DNA from: Sphagnum compactum
Taxonomy: Eukaryota
DNA length: 64,000 nucleotides
Assembly (NCBI GenBank): GCA_965153455.1
Contig: OZ234493.1
Location: forward strand, 3,224,001 to 3,288,000
Reading direction: 5' to 3'
The stretch's first letter is position 1; each line of letters begins with the position of its first letter. A program made the translations under genes and the position numbers. Of the stretch, positions 51,233 through 64,000 are shown piece after piece. Below the pieces are notes generated by a model. That model made no database searches, had not been told where the DNA came from, and saw only the letters and a program-made list of their open reading frames with translations.

Positions 51233-52352
51233 CCGTATTGCAAAGTGTAAAGATGATTAGCAATTGACTTTTCTTTTTCTTTTTCTTTTTTTTTCTTTTT
51301 TTTGGGGGGGGGGGGTTTTGAGTTGGCCAACAGAATGCCCCTTTTTGATTGGGCTTCAGAGAATACCTACTTCCTTTCCTTAGCAAATGGTTTTTTGGTT
51401 ACCATAAGAATTTGGAGTTTTGGTTTTGTTGATATTGTGCTTAGATTCATTATAGAGTATAGTAGCTTAAGGTATTTTTATAGGCCCCTACATAATTTAA
51501 TAATAGGTCTATTTTTATATGAGGATTATTGAAAGATGAATATTTTGGCTTGTGTTGAAACTTGAGATTAGTTACAGAGTTATATCATATCTTGAAGGAT
51601 TTTGGTTTTTTAGAGGATTTGGTTTGAAGATTATATTTCTGCATGGTGAAATATTTGAATTTTCATAATTCTTCTTTTGCCTTAAAATACTTTATTAATG
51701 TAAATGGCAAGGCCAGAGTGTGACATGCCCCTTTTGTTTTATGTTTGGTATAGGAGAAGGGTCTACGTCTAGGGTTTAGGTTTAGACCCTTCACTTCCAC
51801 CAACAAATGGCAGATTTTTAAACCACTTTTCAGCACTCTTTTGATGCCTTTTTTCGTTGTACATTATGAGTATTACAATGCTTTCATCATTTTTCCTCTT
51901 TGTTTTTGCTTGATTTGATGAGCTTTCTGGCGATTGTCATAAAATAACCAGAAATCATATTTTTTGATTGTGTTTATGGGTCTTTACGTGCTTTGTGTCA
52001 ATAGTTGTAGATCAAGTTAGAAGTTTGTTGTCATCTTTGCATTTTGTGTTTCCATGCATTTGTTTTTTTTTTTTTAAGGTGCCTTTCACTCCGATGCATT
52101 TGTTGTGTTTGGTTTATATTTTGATTTTTCTTAAACTCTTGTGTTTTTTTTTCATATTGTTCAGATTTTTTACAACTTTGTAAGTCAAAATTGGTAGTTT
52201 CTATTTGTGTATTTATTTATTTTTGGTTTTGGCATTTGTCTATTGTGTGTAGCTCCATTGATGCAATTTCCTATATCAAGAGAGTTGCAACGACAATGAA
52301 ACACAAAAGCTAAGATTGGTACATCTCTCATGAAAAAAAAAGCTCATGCAAG

Positions 52353-52508
52353 TGTTGTTGGGAAGTAAGAGAAAAAAAACAATAAAAATAAAAAACATAG
52401 AGAGAGAATGAAAGAATGATTGGTAGATTGTGTTGTTGGGAAGTAAGAGAAAAAAAATTATAAAAATAAAAAACATAGAGAGAGAATGAAAGAATGATTG
52501 GTAGATTG
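52353..52508. repeat. Near-perfect 78-bp tandem duplication
   Basis: tgttgttgggaagtaagag...gattggtagattg at 52353-52430 and 52431-52508. Confidence 0.95.
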
Positions 52509-53087
52509 TCTGACAAACCACTCATGCTACAAGTGGTAGTGAAGGGTTGGATTTTTGTTACCTTCATCGTTGTTGAAGAGGGTGAGTTGTGTGAAAGGAA
52601 AGATCAAAATGAAGTTTTGAGTTGTTATGCCCTCTTACATAGTTGAGGTCATGGTTTGATCGATTCATGAAACATCTTAAAAAATAAAGGTTCTTTCTTC
52701 ATTTTTCACTTTTAGTGTTCTTATTTGTTGTTTTTGTTCACTAGCAAAATGTCTTGCAACTGCTTTTCACAATCCCAACAAGTGAATCTTAACCATTATC
52801 TTGGTAAGATTGAAACCAATAAGCATCTGCAAAATACATTTAAAAAAATTTGTCAATTTTTTACATGTACACAATAAAGCACCAAGGTTGTGGCATTTTT
52901 AAAAATTAAGGGGTTTGAAGATGAGGTGCATGCATTGTGGGAGCTAACGAACCCTTGTATCATTGGTGCAAGTATATTGAACCTAACTAATTACCCTATT
53001 TGTCATTTGTTCAAGTATATTAAAACTTAACCTACTCAAACTCACAATCTGACAACTTGTGGACTCCTCGGTCACTTGCCCCAAGTA

Positions 53088-55042
53088 CAGTAGAACCTCC
53101 GTATAAAGTACACCCTATTTGCTCCAAAAACAAATCTTCTTGTACCTTATAGAGTAGGTGTACTTTATGTAGAGAAACCCTAACCCTAGGAAGAATCCCT
53201 AACCTTCAACCCAAAATCTGAAACTCTTGCTTTCTTGCAATTGTAGTTCTCTAAGTTTTTCGATCATTGAAAGTACTCATATATCTTTGATTGCTTTAAA
53301 GCAGAATTATAAAGGTCTTTAAAAGTCACATTCAAGCTAAGTAAATCAAGCTCCTCACTGAAAAGTGAATGGACTTTTGTGAACGAAATCAATTGAGTTA
53401 CCATGTCTTTTGCTTCTGCGATAGAAACGACTTTTGGAACTTCAAGTTGCTCCAAGTCTTCCAATTCAATCGATATTTCTTCTACTTCATCGTCATCAGC
53501 TAATTTAGTGTGCTCTTCAACCAGTTGATGGATAAGGTTTTGTTCCTCAACAATCTCGAACTCTGGTAACTGCTCCTCAATGACAAGATTGGGTTGTGGG
53601 ATGCCGATTCTAACTGCAAGCGCTACGAGCTCTTCTTCTTGTGTAACAATCTCATTGAGCTCTTGAGCCTCTTCTCCATTGATAACAAAGTCGCATTTAG
53701 AGAAGCACTTTTGGATTGTCTGAGCTTTCACCATTGATCATGATTTGTCAATGAATTTGATTACATCTAAAACAGTCAACTTTCTAACAAGGTCTGATGC
53801 ATGCTGTGAATCATTGATGTTGTCCAATATGGACAGGACTTCAAATTTCCGGGACAGCACCTTTAGACTTCGAATGATGCCAACGTCAAGGGGCTAGAGA
53901 ATTGAGGTCAGATTTGGCGAAAAATAGCGCAGCTCAACGTTCGTCAGATTCGTGGCCTTGTCAACAATATGCACTGGAGCGTTATCTAGAAAAAACACAA
54001 TCTTGCGCCCTATTCTCTTCAAGTATTCATCAAGCTCCTTTAGGTACTGATTGAAAATCGGATTCGTCATCCAAGCTTTCGCACTGTTTGTATACTTGAC
54101 TTTCAATTTGCTCATGTCTTGTCTGCGAAAATGCTCTTGGGTTATTGGATTTGTCGATTATCCATGGCGGCAATTTCTCTCCCAGTGTAGAACACGTCAG
54201 GACCACTGTGATCCGATCCTTTCCTTGTTTTCCACCCTTGCACGACTGCTTGACATGACTTATAGTTGAATCTGGCAGCGCACGAAAGAAGAAACCCGTT
54301 TCATCCATATTGACCACGTTTTTCAGATCATATCCAATCAGAAGAGTTTTTAAAGACGATTTCCATTGTTCAGTGTGCTTAAGGTCGACATTTGAGATTC
54401 TCCGCTGATCTTATATGATCGGACATTGTTACGTTGTTTCCATTTCTGCAGCCACCCTTTCGAAGCTAAGAAGTCACCACCTTTGACTCCCAGTTCGCTA
54501 GCAATGTGTTTGGCCTTCCCTTGCAAGATTGGTCCACTTATCGGATATCTTCTCGCACGAACTATTGCAAACCATCTCTATAAGATAACATTAACGTCGC
54601 TCTGCTTGACAATTCTTGCTTTTGATAAGGAACGATTGCTTTTTGCTTCCTTTAGTATTAAGTCTTTGTTTTCCTTAGTAGCCTAGACTGTTCCTTTGGA
54701 AACGCTGAATTTATCAACAGTAGCTCTGATGCTATGTCCCTCATCAAGATGTTTGACGATGGCCAGTTTCGTATTCAGATCCACCACCTTTCGCTTCTTC
54801 TTCTCGGGCTCCATTGCCGGCAAGAACAATTAGTGCCAAAGAGAGACAGATGTACCTTATATGGAATTGCGTGACCACTCTGTGGCCTGACGTTGGTGTA
54901 CTTTCAGTACCTAATGGAGGTGTACTTCTTGTAGAGAGGTTTGAATATAGATAAATAAAGGGGTTTGTGCTATTTTAAAACATTTGTACTATTTGCGGAG
55001 GTGTACTTTATATAGGCTATACCTTATAGGGAGGTTCTATTG
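53088..55042 (-). mobile_element. Full-length pogo/Tigger-like DNA transposon (IS630-Tc1-mariner group) with TIRs and TA target-site duplication
   Basis: Left end TA|CAGTAGAACCTCCGTATAAAGTACACC. The right end reads CAATAGAACCTCCCTATAAGGTATAGCC on the minus strand and is followed by TA at 55043-55044. GGTGTACTTTAT/TGTACCTTATA subterminal motifs repeat at both ends. Confidence 0.93.
53264..54814 (-). pseudogene. pogo/Tigger (CENP-B-like HTH + DDE_1) transposase, inactivated
   Basis: MEPEKKKRKVVDLNTKLAIV.., RWF..R.RRYPISGPILQGKA, FLASKGWLQKWKQR, NMDETGFF, KDRITVVL, AWMT, FFLDNAPVH, *PLDVGII. Stops at 54683-54685, 54578-54580 and 53894-53896, plus frameshifts. Confidence 0.92.
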
Positions 55043-57496
55043 TATATTGAACCTCCTTTAATGTCACCCATCTAAGATGTTAAATATTGCCTAATGAATT
55101 TTATCTAGGTTTTTTTTTATGTGCTTTGCATGATTTTGCATAAATTCACATAGTTTTACTAATTTTGTCAAGTAGAACAAAATTTAAACTCTTTAGGGTT
55201 TTTCATGTTTTATTGTTTCATAACATCTTTCAATAGAGAGTAAAAATGCTTGCCACCATCATATTGTACAATATCGAATAATTGTAATGTTGTTTTTAAA
55301 AAAACCCAAAACTAAGGTCAAACCAACCAAACCTTACCAAAATAATGAATAACTCTACATAATGTGTTGCAAGAACACCCAAACAATGTTCATTAAGGGG
55401 TATTTAACATCTTTTATACCCAATGCTATTCAAGTCAAAGTGAGACGAAATTAAATATCTTTTAACAAACCTTAATCAAGATTGTATTTTTGCAACCTTG
55501 TGTGGTTCTATGCAATTTTTTGTGATTTTGTGTGCTTTATAAGGCAAGATTAAAAATATTATTATTATTAGTTTACATGTTTTATTGCCTCACATCGATT
55601 TTGAACCCAACGCCTCTAAAAAAAGAATGAAGATAATTATAATTAGTTTATTTATGGGGATTGAAAAAAAAACAATCTTTTACATTAATAACCTTATAAT
55701 TAATTGACATCAATCAAATGTTGCAACAAACCCAGATAATTTCACATAGGGCATAACATTGACATCCAAATAGAGCTTGTTAAAGGATATTTAGAGTCTT
55801 ATGTAGAAGTGGTCTTAATTTCAAAGTTTTTGTGGAAACCCAATTGAAAGAAAATCATAATTTGGGAGAAAAATAGAAATCAATGTCACTCACTACTGGT
55901 AAGCTTTACCCATGTAATTTATAAAACATGAGACTAAGGTTATCACAAACATAAACATAAGAAGATCACAAGGCATGGAAGGTGAGGATTTTTACACCTA
56001 TTCTTTGAGTGCGAGGGAAATTATGACTACTTAGGAGTAGGTGAGATCTTACAACTTTAGGTAGGCATAATTTCCTTCCCCTTCTAAGCATAATCCTTGC
56101 TCTTTTTTTTTAAAGAGAGATATTCATAGATATAAAGTACTTGCCAAATTCACTAGGAAGGCTTTGCATAAACGTAAGGTAAAGCCCTCAGGTGAGGGCA
56201 TTCCCAAACTATGGGGCCTAGGACAAGGTGATAATTGAGTTCAGCCTTGCATTTTGGGAATGTCACCATTTGTGGGCATGAGGTGAAGAATATAGTGAAC
56301 ATATGTAGATATGCGGTGTGGGAAGGGTTGTTTCACCTCCTCCTTGAGAGTGGGAGGGATTTTATATGCCTATGAAAGAAACTCAACAAGTTGAAAACAT
56401 ACATCATAAAACTTATGTTTGGAATGGAAGGGATAAATTACCTAACTGGGAGGATTGAGATTAGGATGTAGGGTTTAGAGGCAAGGCAATCATGAAAAAT
56501 GAAAATTTTCTGTTCTTTTGGTTGTACATGGTCTTCTTTCATTCTTGTTGAAAGTATCATATCGTAACTCCACTTTCCATGGCAAACTTTAGGGTTAAAG
56601 ACTAATGGGTTTGGGGTTTAAAGTTGAGACTTTCCATGGAAAATGATAATGATAAAAGTTAGATTATGTAAAAATGAGACAAATTGAAAGAACAAAGGGA
56701 GATATGGTTTTCGATCAACCATCAAGGTTAGTGTTGATGCAGTAAATTTCAATGTTATAATTTTGAATCAAATAATGATATGATAGGAAACTTGAAAATT
56801 TGGAGGATTGACGTTTGAATGTTTGGAAAAGTAGACCTATCTATCACCAACTAGCATTAGAACCTCACCTAATTCATAGTGAAAGAAATGCATAGTCATC
56901 AAATGATTTTTTTGTTGGAACATGTTGGTGCACACTGCTCCAGTTCCATTCCATGCTCCAGCTTTTGGCACCAATCCCCTGCAGCAAGATCATACATTCG
57001 CCTGCTTCTGCTACCAGTTGCTTTGCTACAATACCACACTTGCATCCTGTTGCATCTTGGAGCTCCACCTGTTGCAGAACTAGATATTTACCACCCAACA
57101 CAAGTAGCCTGTCCACTGAATTGTGACAAGCAGAATTCCAACCATTTTCACCCAGAAGTTGTCTAAATGTGCTCTTTCACTGGTTGGTCTCAGCATGCTT
57201 AAGACTTCTCCTGAAGCTTCAATCATATATCCAACAGTATGACCACAGGACTTCATGCACTCTGAGTGGATGTGGACAATGTCATGCTTTTGATTATCAT
57301 CAGCCAAGTCAAAGATGGCCCCTTTACACTGAGATTCTGAGAGCTTCTGCTGTACTCCCTTGTCTAACTATTGTATCTTCCACCATTGCCTCAAATAGGT
57401 TCTAGCTACACAATGTGAGATAGAAGTTAAGTATGTCATGAAGCTGTTCAAACTGACACATGCCACAAAAACCAGATAGCAAAAGAGGAGAGAGAC

Positions 57497-60400
57497 CTAG
57501 TCTTCATCACTGTCACTGACTACAACACGTCGGCGTGCTACTGGCTTCTTCGCTAGCCAGGGTTCATCCTCCTCCCTATCTCGTTTTGACTTTCGGTCAT
57601 CATTATGCCTCTTTTCCTACAAAATTGACATGTTATTCAAGATCAATGCCAGCAAAAAAGACAAATCATCGAGCGCCTGGTATTTCTCTGGGCAGATACT
57701 CAGAAACCTATGCTTATCTATGTCTCTCTGCAAAGTAAGCATGGCATCTAATATCAAAACACTAGCTATATGTGCTACTGTCTACCAAGTGGAAAATTTT
57801 GGCACATAGATCTTGCATTTTGCTCATTATGTTGGTTTTTACACAAGTTTTACCATGTAAAGGTTCTGACAGAATGCAAGGAAGTGGGCATCGATTCCTA
57901 CCTCACGTTCCACTAGCTTGCCATGTCCTGCTGAGCTCCTCTCATCCTCATTGTCTGTCTCCTCTGCCTCCCAACCTACATCTTCCATCTCTGCTTCATC
58001 TTGATCATCATGAGGATCACTCGCACGTGCAGATGGTTCTCTGTCACTCTCGTCAGAAACATCATCATATTGGGAGACCTCTTTTGGGAGTTGTTGCCTT
58101 GCCTTTGGTTTGCTAGAGGGCACCCTTGAAGATAATTGCTGCAACAAGGAAAACAAACTGAAATAATAAGGCAACACTTCATCTGTTTGCATTTGACCCT
58201 TTCCATATTCAAATAATCATGATGTAAGTTCTAGACTTTGCTTGAGCTTCAGTCTTGCAAGAAAACATCCACTATCAATTGCTGAAAATGTCTATAACAA
58301 AGTCTTTGGAGAACACAAAGGCAATGTTTACTCACTTAAGGTCCATTATTGAGTACGGCATCGCCAACAAACCCATGTACTCTGAGCTATGCCCAATAGT
58401 CACAACTATATACTGCTTCACCTTGGTAGAAAATAGTACAGAAGCATTTTAGCAGCAACTCCATCACAGCAAAAACAAGGCCATGAGTTGATGCACATGA
58501 AAAGCAACAACCAGGAATACCTTTTTTGCACTGAGAATTTTCCTTTCTGCACGCTCCTCAGCCTCTAATTGCTCCTGGAACCTGCGTGAGTCTCTTCTCT
58601 CCGAGTAGTCCACTTCATCCTCCTGGACATGTTCTGAACATGTCAAAACAATCTCTCTCCCTCATATGTATCTCTCGCACAATCAATTCCTCCCCATTAG
58701 GCACATTGACCACACAGACACTGGCAGTAATCAAATAGATATACCAGGTGCAACCTGATCATACTCATTTTCAAAGCTCCCTAAATGAACTCAGGAATGC
58801 AAGGTAGAAGCAAATTGTCTTGCTTAGTCAATTCTATACACTACCTCATCCAAAGCACCCTCAAGATAACCAGGAGAGAGCTGTTGATTTGCCTCCTGTT
58901 CATGCTCATAATCACTGATCCGTGGAGCAAACCTCCGTAAGACCTTTTCTTGCTTACGTTGCAAATCCTCTTTGCTCCGGATTCGTTGCTCAGCAGCCTA
59001 CAAAAACCTCATACCAACACCATCAAAGCTCCCTTCTCCTGTCAAATAGGGATCCATCACCACTTTTGCTGGAGCTTTGACTTTCCTACAACAAGAATAT
59101 GTTGGCAAAACAATGTCCCATCCTTTGCTAAAAAAGGTACTTTGCATTTTTTCACCTTCAACACTGCACCATCTACTTACTTGTGTAGGTCTGCACCTCC
59201 ACTTTTAAAAATCAGGAGCATACATGGGTTATGACTAATCCTGGAAAATCTTCCATGTTAGTTGTGGAATAGACTTTCCCAAGCAAGGAAGGCAAAAGGT
59301 TGAGAATTCAAGGACATGAGACCCACACAAGTCTACATACCCTTTCCTTTGCCTCCTTCTCCTTCTCAGGGTCAACCGTGCTAATGGCAACCTTCTTGAC
59401 TTTGTAGACCTTCTTGTGTCGTGAATCAACCAGAGCAGTGAGCAAACGATGTGACTTGGATGTCAATGATGATGGCATGAATTTCATCTTCCTCAACAGC
59501 TGGCCTTGAGATTGCAATATACTCTGCAAAACCACATCAGCACCCTGAATGCCATCATCATAGATGCATGGAATAAGGGCAGAACAAAGCTTAGGAAGAG
59601 CATCTAATCTTCCATTGTCTCCTGTTAAGTATGTCTTACAAATTACCCCTCCTCCCTTAGAGTGTGAAAAGACCTTGGGATGGCGGAGAAAGAGATGGGA
59701 CTGGTCCTGGTGGGCATCTTGAACTGAGAGGTCAAGGACTTCACTTCCAAGAAGCAGTTGCATAGTGCCATCGCTCCATTTCACAAACCGTGCATTGCTC
59801 TCGTACTACACCACAGACCTCATAGTGTCATTCAAGGCAGTGGAGATATACATGGGAAAAGTGGACAATGCCATGCCTATGCATAGTTGTCTATGCTGAG
59901 AATACATACAAAACATCAGATGTACATATACAGGTAATAAAGCATGATGGATAAGAACCAATTCCAATTGTTCTCCAGGAAGTAGAAAGGTGAAACACTC
60001 TGTAATCTATCACCACAACTGTTGGCAAGAAATTGCAAACATACTCTCACTGTCCACGCTTCCAAGGCCTCCAGCCCTCCTATTAGCATAGCCTCTTCTT
60101 TCACTCCCAAAACCAAAATAGTGCAGTGGGCCTAGCAATAAAATTACTTCTACACACTCCTAGTGAAAGTTGTGACATGTTCTTCTCTTCTTGGTCTTGT
60201 GTTGTCTTGCAAGCTTCTATAGAAAATGGAGGCACTGACCGAGGTGGTGCCATCATCATTGTGTGAAGCACGCCAACGTACAACATTGCCCTCAAGGCGC
60301 AGACGTTGCTTTCGACCAGTGACATCATCAGTCACAAACATCTCCTCAGCCACGTAGGTATTGGGATCAAATGGTTTCACATCAATGTCCATAATGTTTG

Positions 60401-62467
60401 ACAATCTTACAACATTTAGCTGCATTTTCACAACCATTAGACATATTTAGTGCTCTGGAAAACAAGCCTGTAGTTTCCCCATATTCTCTGCTCTCTTTCT
60501 CATACTCTACCTTGAGAATTTTTTGTATAGAACTGACATTCTCACTTTGTTATAGCCCTCTGTCTACTCTTGTGGTTTCTCAGTGTTACTTCACAATAAA
60601 TTTCCAAAGCCTATTATGGTCTAGGTGTTACAGTCTTTCCTCCTCATTTACAGTTTGATACAAGTTTCAAAGGCATCACAAAATGTGAACACCAAACCCC
60701 AGTTAGTAATGACAACAATGCAGTAATGAAAGCTACAGAACATAGCATGCCTGATCAGGTCTGCCTGGTGGGCACTGCAATGGAACTTCCAGGTGCAGTG
60801 GGGGCCCCATTGGCTTCTCATGCTTCTGCTCAACCCGTCGATCATCCTCAGAATCATAGCCTGTATCTCCAGCCTCATCATCACCCACAATATCCCTGGG
60901 CTGGACTCCAACTTCCTCTCTTTCCTCCTCTGAGCGATCCTGCTGGATCCTCATTGCACCCCTTAATTGTTATTGCAGGCTCAAAATTTCCACAGCACTA
61001 CAGGAAGCCAATGCACTGTAATAGCGATGGGGAAAAAAATGCACTCCAGAGACTTTAGGGTAAAGATATTGCCTCAGAACTGTCCCGAGAGCCTTCTTCA
61101 TGCCTATGATGCTCCTCAACCTCTTCAGATTCCCCCTCTTTATCAGATTCACCAAACACATCATGTGCCTCCGATCCCTCCACTCCCTCCCTTGGCTCAT
61201 CTTGTTGTTGTTCTTCCTCTCCCTCACTGCCTCCAAAAAATCTTGAATTAGAATGTCCATCACAACAATAAGTGAGACCCCTTACATGAACTGCTTGACT
61301 TCGAATTGATGTTGCAAAATTTACCTGCCCTGCCCGAGTTCCTCAACATCCTTGTCCTTGTATTCCTTGTGAGTAGCAGCCTGATACCAGTGCTCTGAGC
61401 TACTGGCACTTTCCTCAACCTCTTTCCTTTCACTCTCACTCTCCACATGATCCTCTCCATCACGATCCACATCACTCCCACCTCTTTCACCTTCGCTCTC
61501 TTCTTCTACTTTTGCCCTTTCAGACCCTGCATCTCCCTCTTCTGAGGCCACCTCCCTTGCCTGTGGGATGTTTGGTCATCCAATTTTAGAAATTGCAGGA
61601 AAAGCCCAGCAGAGCTCTCCAATCTCACAGAACTCACAATAACCAATCACATTACCCTCTCTCAATCAACATTGACACACTGCATTACACAGGTAGACTA
61701 AAATTACCAATCCAGAGACTAATGAGAAACATTACATACAATGACAGTACTAAGTTCTGCCCCAACGCACATTTCATGTGCCACAAAAAAACTTCTCAAC
61801 AGAATTTTTTGCATATCTCCTCATGTGCAGCTCACTGTTGTATAGATCCATTAAGTGAACACATCGCTGCTCGAGGACGGACTACAACACTTGCATCCTA
61901 AAAGGAGTTCAGGTGAATGCCTAGTGATTAGTGCCTGAAGACCCCCCGACTAGCTTAAAACCTTTTTGATCACAAGATGAGACTTCGATGCAAATGCCAA
62001 ATAATCCAGAGAGCTGCATAGTTTGAGCATCCAATTCCATAGCCATACCGATCATCCTGAAGCTAGTTGCATGGCGATGAAGAAAGGAGGCCGCCTTAAA
62101 GGAATTGACCTAATCCTGAGCAGACTGAGGTTTGCAGATAAAAGCTCTATGACCGACAGAAATGCCCGGGTTATCATACGGGCAGTTCTTCGACAAGCTG
62201 CTCTACTCTCAATTCTAGCTACAAGAACTTCTCACTATACTCGCTCTGCCACTGGAGTCGGAAAACACAGGATGCGGTTTCGTGATCGGAGAACTGGCAC
62301 AGCAATGGTCAGGTACGAGAGGAACAAGGGGACGAAGGTGCACTTACAGAGTGATCAGACGCATGATCTGAAGCAGCCGGGCGCACAGCCTCCGGCGCGT
62401 CGTCTGAATCTTCAGACTCAACACCAAAAAGAGTCTCCATCATCTCGTGCCGCTTCTCCTCCCCCAT
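57497..62467 (-). CDS. LEO1: LEO1/VIP4, PAF1 complex subunit, ~606 aa, 11 exons
   Basis: Exons 62467-62348, 61560-61325, 61241-61073, 60939-60751, 60419-60240, 59805-59674, 59523-59341, 58997-58845, 58622-58521, 58138-57902, 57616-57497; in frame. Motifs: MGEEKRHEMMETLFG, GPPLHLEVP, SNIMDIDVKPFDPNTY, ESNARFVKWSDGTMQLLLG, KMKFMPSSLTSKSHRLLTALVDSRHKK, C-terminal VVSDSDED*. The exon 3/4 boundary is the least certain. Confidence 0.93.
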
Positions 62468-62785
62468 CTCGTCAACCACCGCACGCACAAGACGATCACA
62501 ACTCTGCAAGTTTGCTCCTCCTCGTCCTCGGTCCTTGGCCCAATCTTTCACAAACCCAAGGTACGAAGCCTCTCTCACAAGCAATGATTTTCTTCTCCAA
62601 GGTAAGCCCAGTCTCTTGATATCTCAACGATTGCGACAATCGACAATGCAAACTACGACAAAGTTCCGCAGTGAGAGAGTCGTTCAACAAACCGTCTGTG
62701 AATCAACGATGGTGAAACCCTGAGGCTACTACAGAGGGTCCCCAAAGCAGCAGAAAGCACAAAACCCACCCACCTATTTGGCATT

Positions 62786-62963
62786 TAGGGTTTAGGAGGA
62801 CCTCACTCATGTCTGTTCATTTTCCCTCTCTTAAAGTCTAAAGAACTGGTCCATAGGGTAATGCCCGAGCCCATCGGCACTACTGAAATAATGGGGTTTG
62901 ACTCTGTAGATACATAATTTTGGGGGTGGAAACAGGAATTTGGGGATGAAAAGAAGGGCCCAA
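62786..62963 (-). promoter_or_regulatory. Telo-box (AAACCCTA) plus site II (GGCCCA) module upstream of LEO1
   Basis: TAGGGTTT at 62786-62793 and GGGCCCAA at 62956-62963, a common pairing in plant housekeeping and proliferation gene promoters. Confidence 0.45.
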
Positions 62964-64000
62964 AGGCAAGATTATTTTTTGCCCATAACTCTATTGCCTT
63001 AAGTTTGTTGAGGGTAAAATTTATTCTCATCAGGTATTTAGGTGAAAGCACTCATGGTGTAACAAGTTTGCCGGGTGGGTGTAATTTATCTATCTATTTA
63101 TTTATTTTTATTTTTAAACCCTGCGGGCCTTTGGAATGGGACATTCTCAAAGTTAGTCTCAAAATTCGAGCCCAAGTTCAGGTTTTGCCTTTGGTAGGCC
63201 CTCCTTTAAGTTATTAATAACATATTATTTGTTTTGGGGTCAATTGGTTCACATGTAAAATCATTGATGTCAAAGTGGGGATCAAGGCTTCAACCATTCA
63301 TATGCTTCTTCTTTTTTAATATCATTTTTTTCATGTTTGCCTCCTTTCTCAAGCTAAAACTTAAAAGTCAGACCACCATGGACGAGCATAGAACACAATT
63401 CTTCAAATTCTTGGATTTTACATGGCCATATCTGGAGAAAAAAAATTAAAAAAATCTGCCCCATCAGCACAGAAGCTCAACAAGAAGGAAAACAAGAAGA
63501 AGATATAGGGTTCACTTTTGGGTTTGCTTTGCCTTCGATATTTTGTAAGGTTCTTAAGAGTAGATTCATTGGTACGAGTATAAATGGTCAATAGATTAAC
63601 TTCAGATGACGTTTAAACTATGAATAGCATGAAATTGAATTTGGAAATATAAATATGCACAACATACTTTGTTTTGAAAAGGAAAGAAATAGGATTGATT
63701 TTGAACAATCATTCACAATGATTGGTTCATGTGATGACATTTAATTAATCCTCATTATATATTATTTGTACAAGCATTTAACCCCACCGTATCCCAACCA
63801 ACATCACTTGCCAAGCAATGGTTTTTTTTGGAATTTTGGTTGGTAGCCAAAGTTGCAATCATCCATAAAAAAATGTAGAAGAAATGGCTTTTATCCTTGG
63901 AAAGATTTATTCAAATGTGGTTATAAACCAAATATGAAGTGCAAATTTTTAATCATCATTCTATCTTTTTGGCTACACATTAAAAATCAAATATGAAAAT

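Noticed and set aside
62023-62619. 198-aa plus-strand ORF
   Set aside because: It is antisense to LEO1 exon 1 and intron 1 in a GC-rich region and has no recognisable motifs.
1-64000. tRNA, rRNA or other structured RNA genes
   Set aside because: None recognised by eye; a tRNAscan-SE or Infernal/Rfam scan would be needed to exclude them.

Overview
AT-rich, intron-rich eukaryotic DNA, most likely a bryophyte such as a Sphagnum-like moss (inferred from gene families and repeat style). Four apparently intact multi-exon genes can be assembled from splice sites with frame checks: a tesmin/TSO1-like CXC (TCX/LIN54) gene (+, 17296-24401), an uncharacterised plant protein starting MDRREPSLVPEWLK (-, 27469-31316), a MATH/TRAF-domain gene of the TRAF1/MUSE13-14 type (-, 42741-50759) and LEO1/VIP4 (-, 57497-62467). 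Between them lie a hAT remnant, a CRE/R2-type non-LTR retrotransposon remnant, a complete TA-flanked pogo/Tigger-like DD32D transposon with a mutated transposase, and a minisatellite with 102-bp higher-order structure. The most striking object is largely hidden from the ORF track: a decayed, intron-containing gene at about 1456-5008 that joins a ParB/Srx-like domain (VWDGNHR) to a prokaryote-type beta-class N4C/N6A DNA methyltransferase. Copies of a 22-bp palindrome (consensus CTACTCTCGG-NN-CCGAGAGTAG) lie before, inside and after it. All family assignments come from manual translation and motif recognition; no searches were run.
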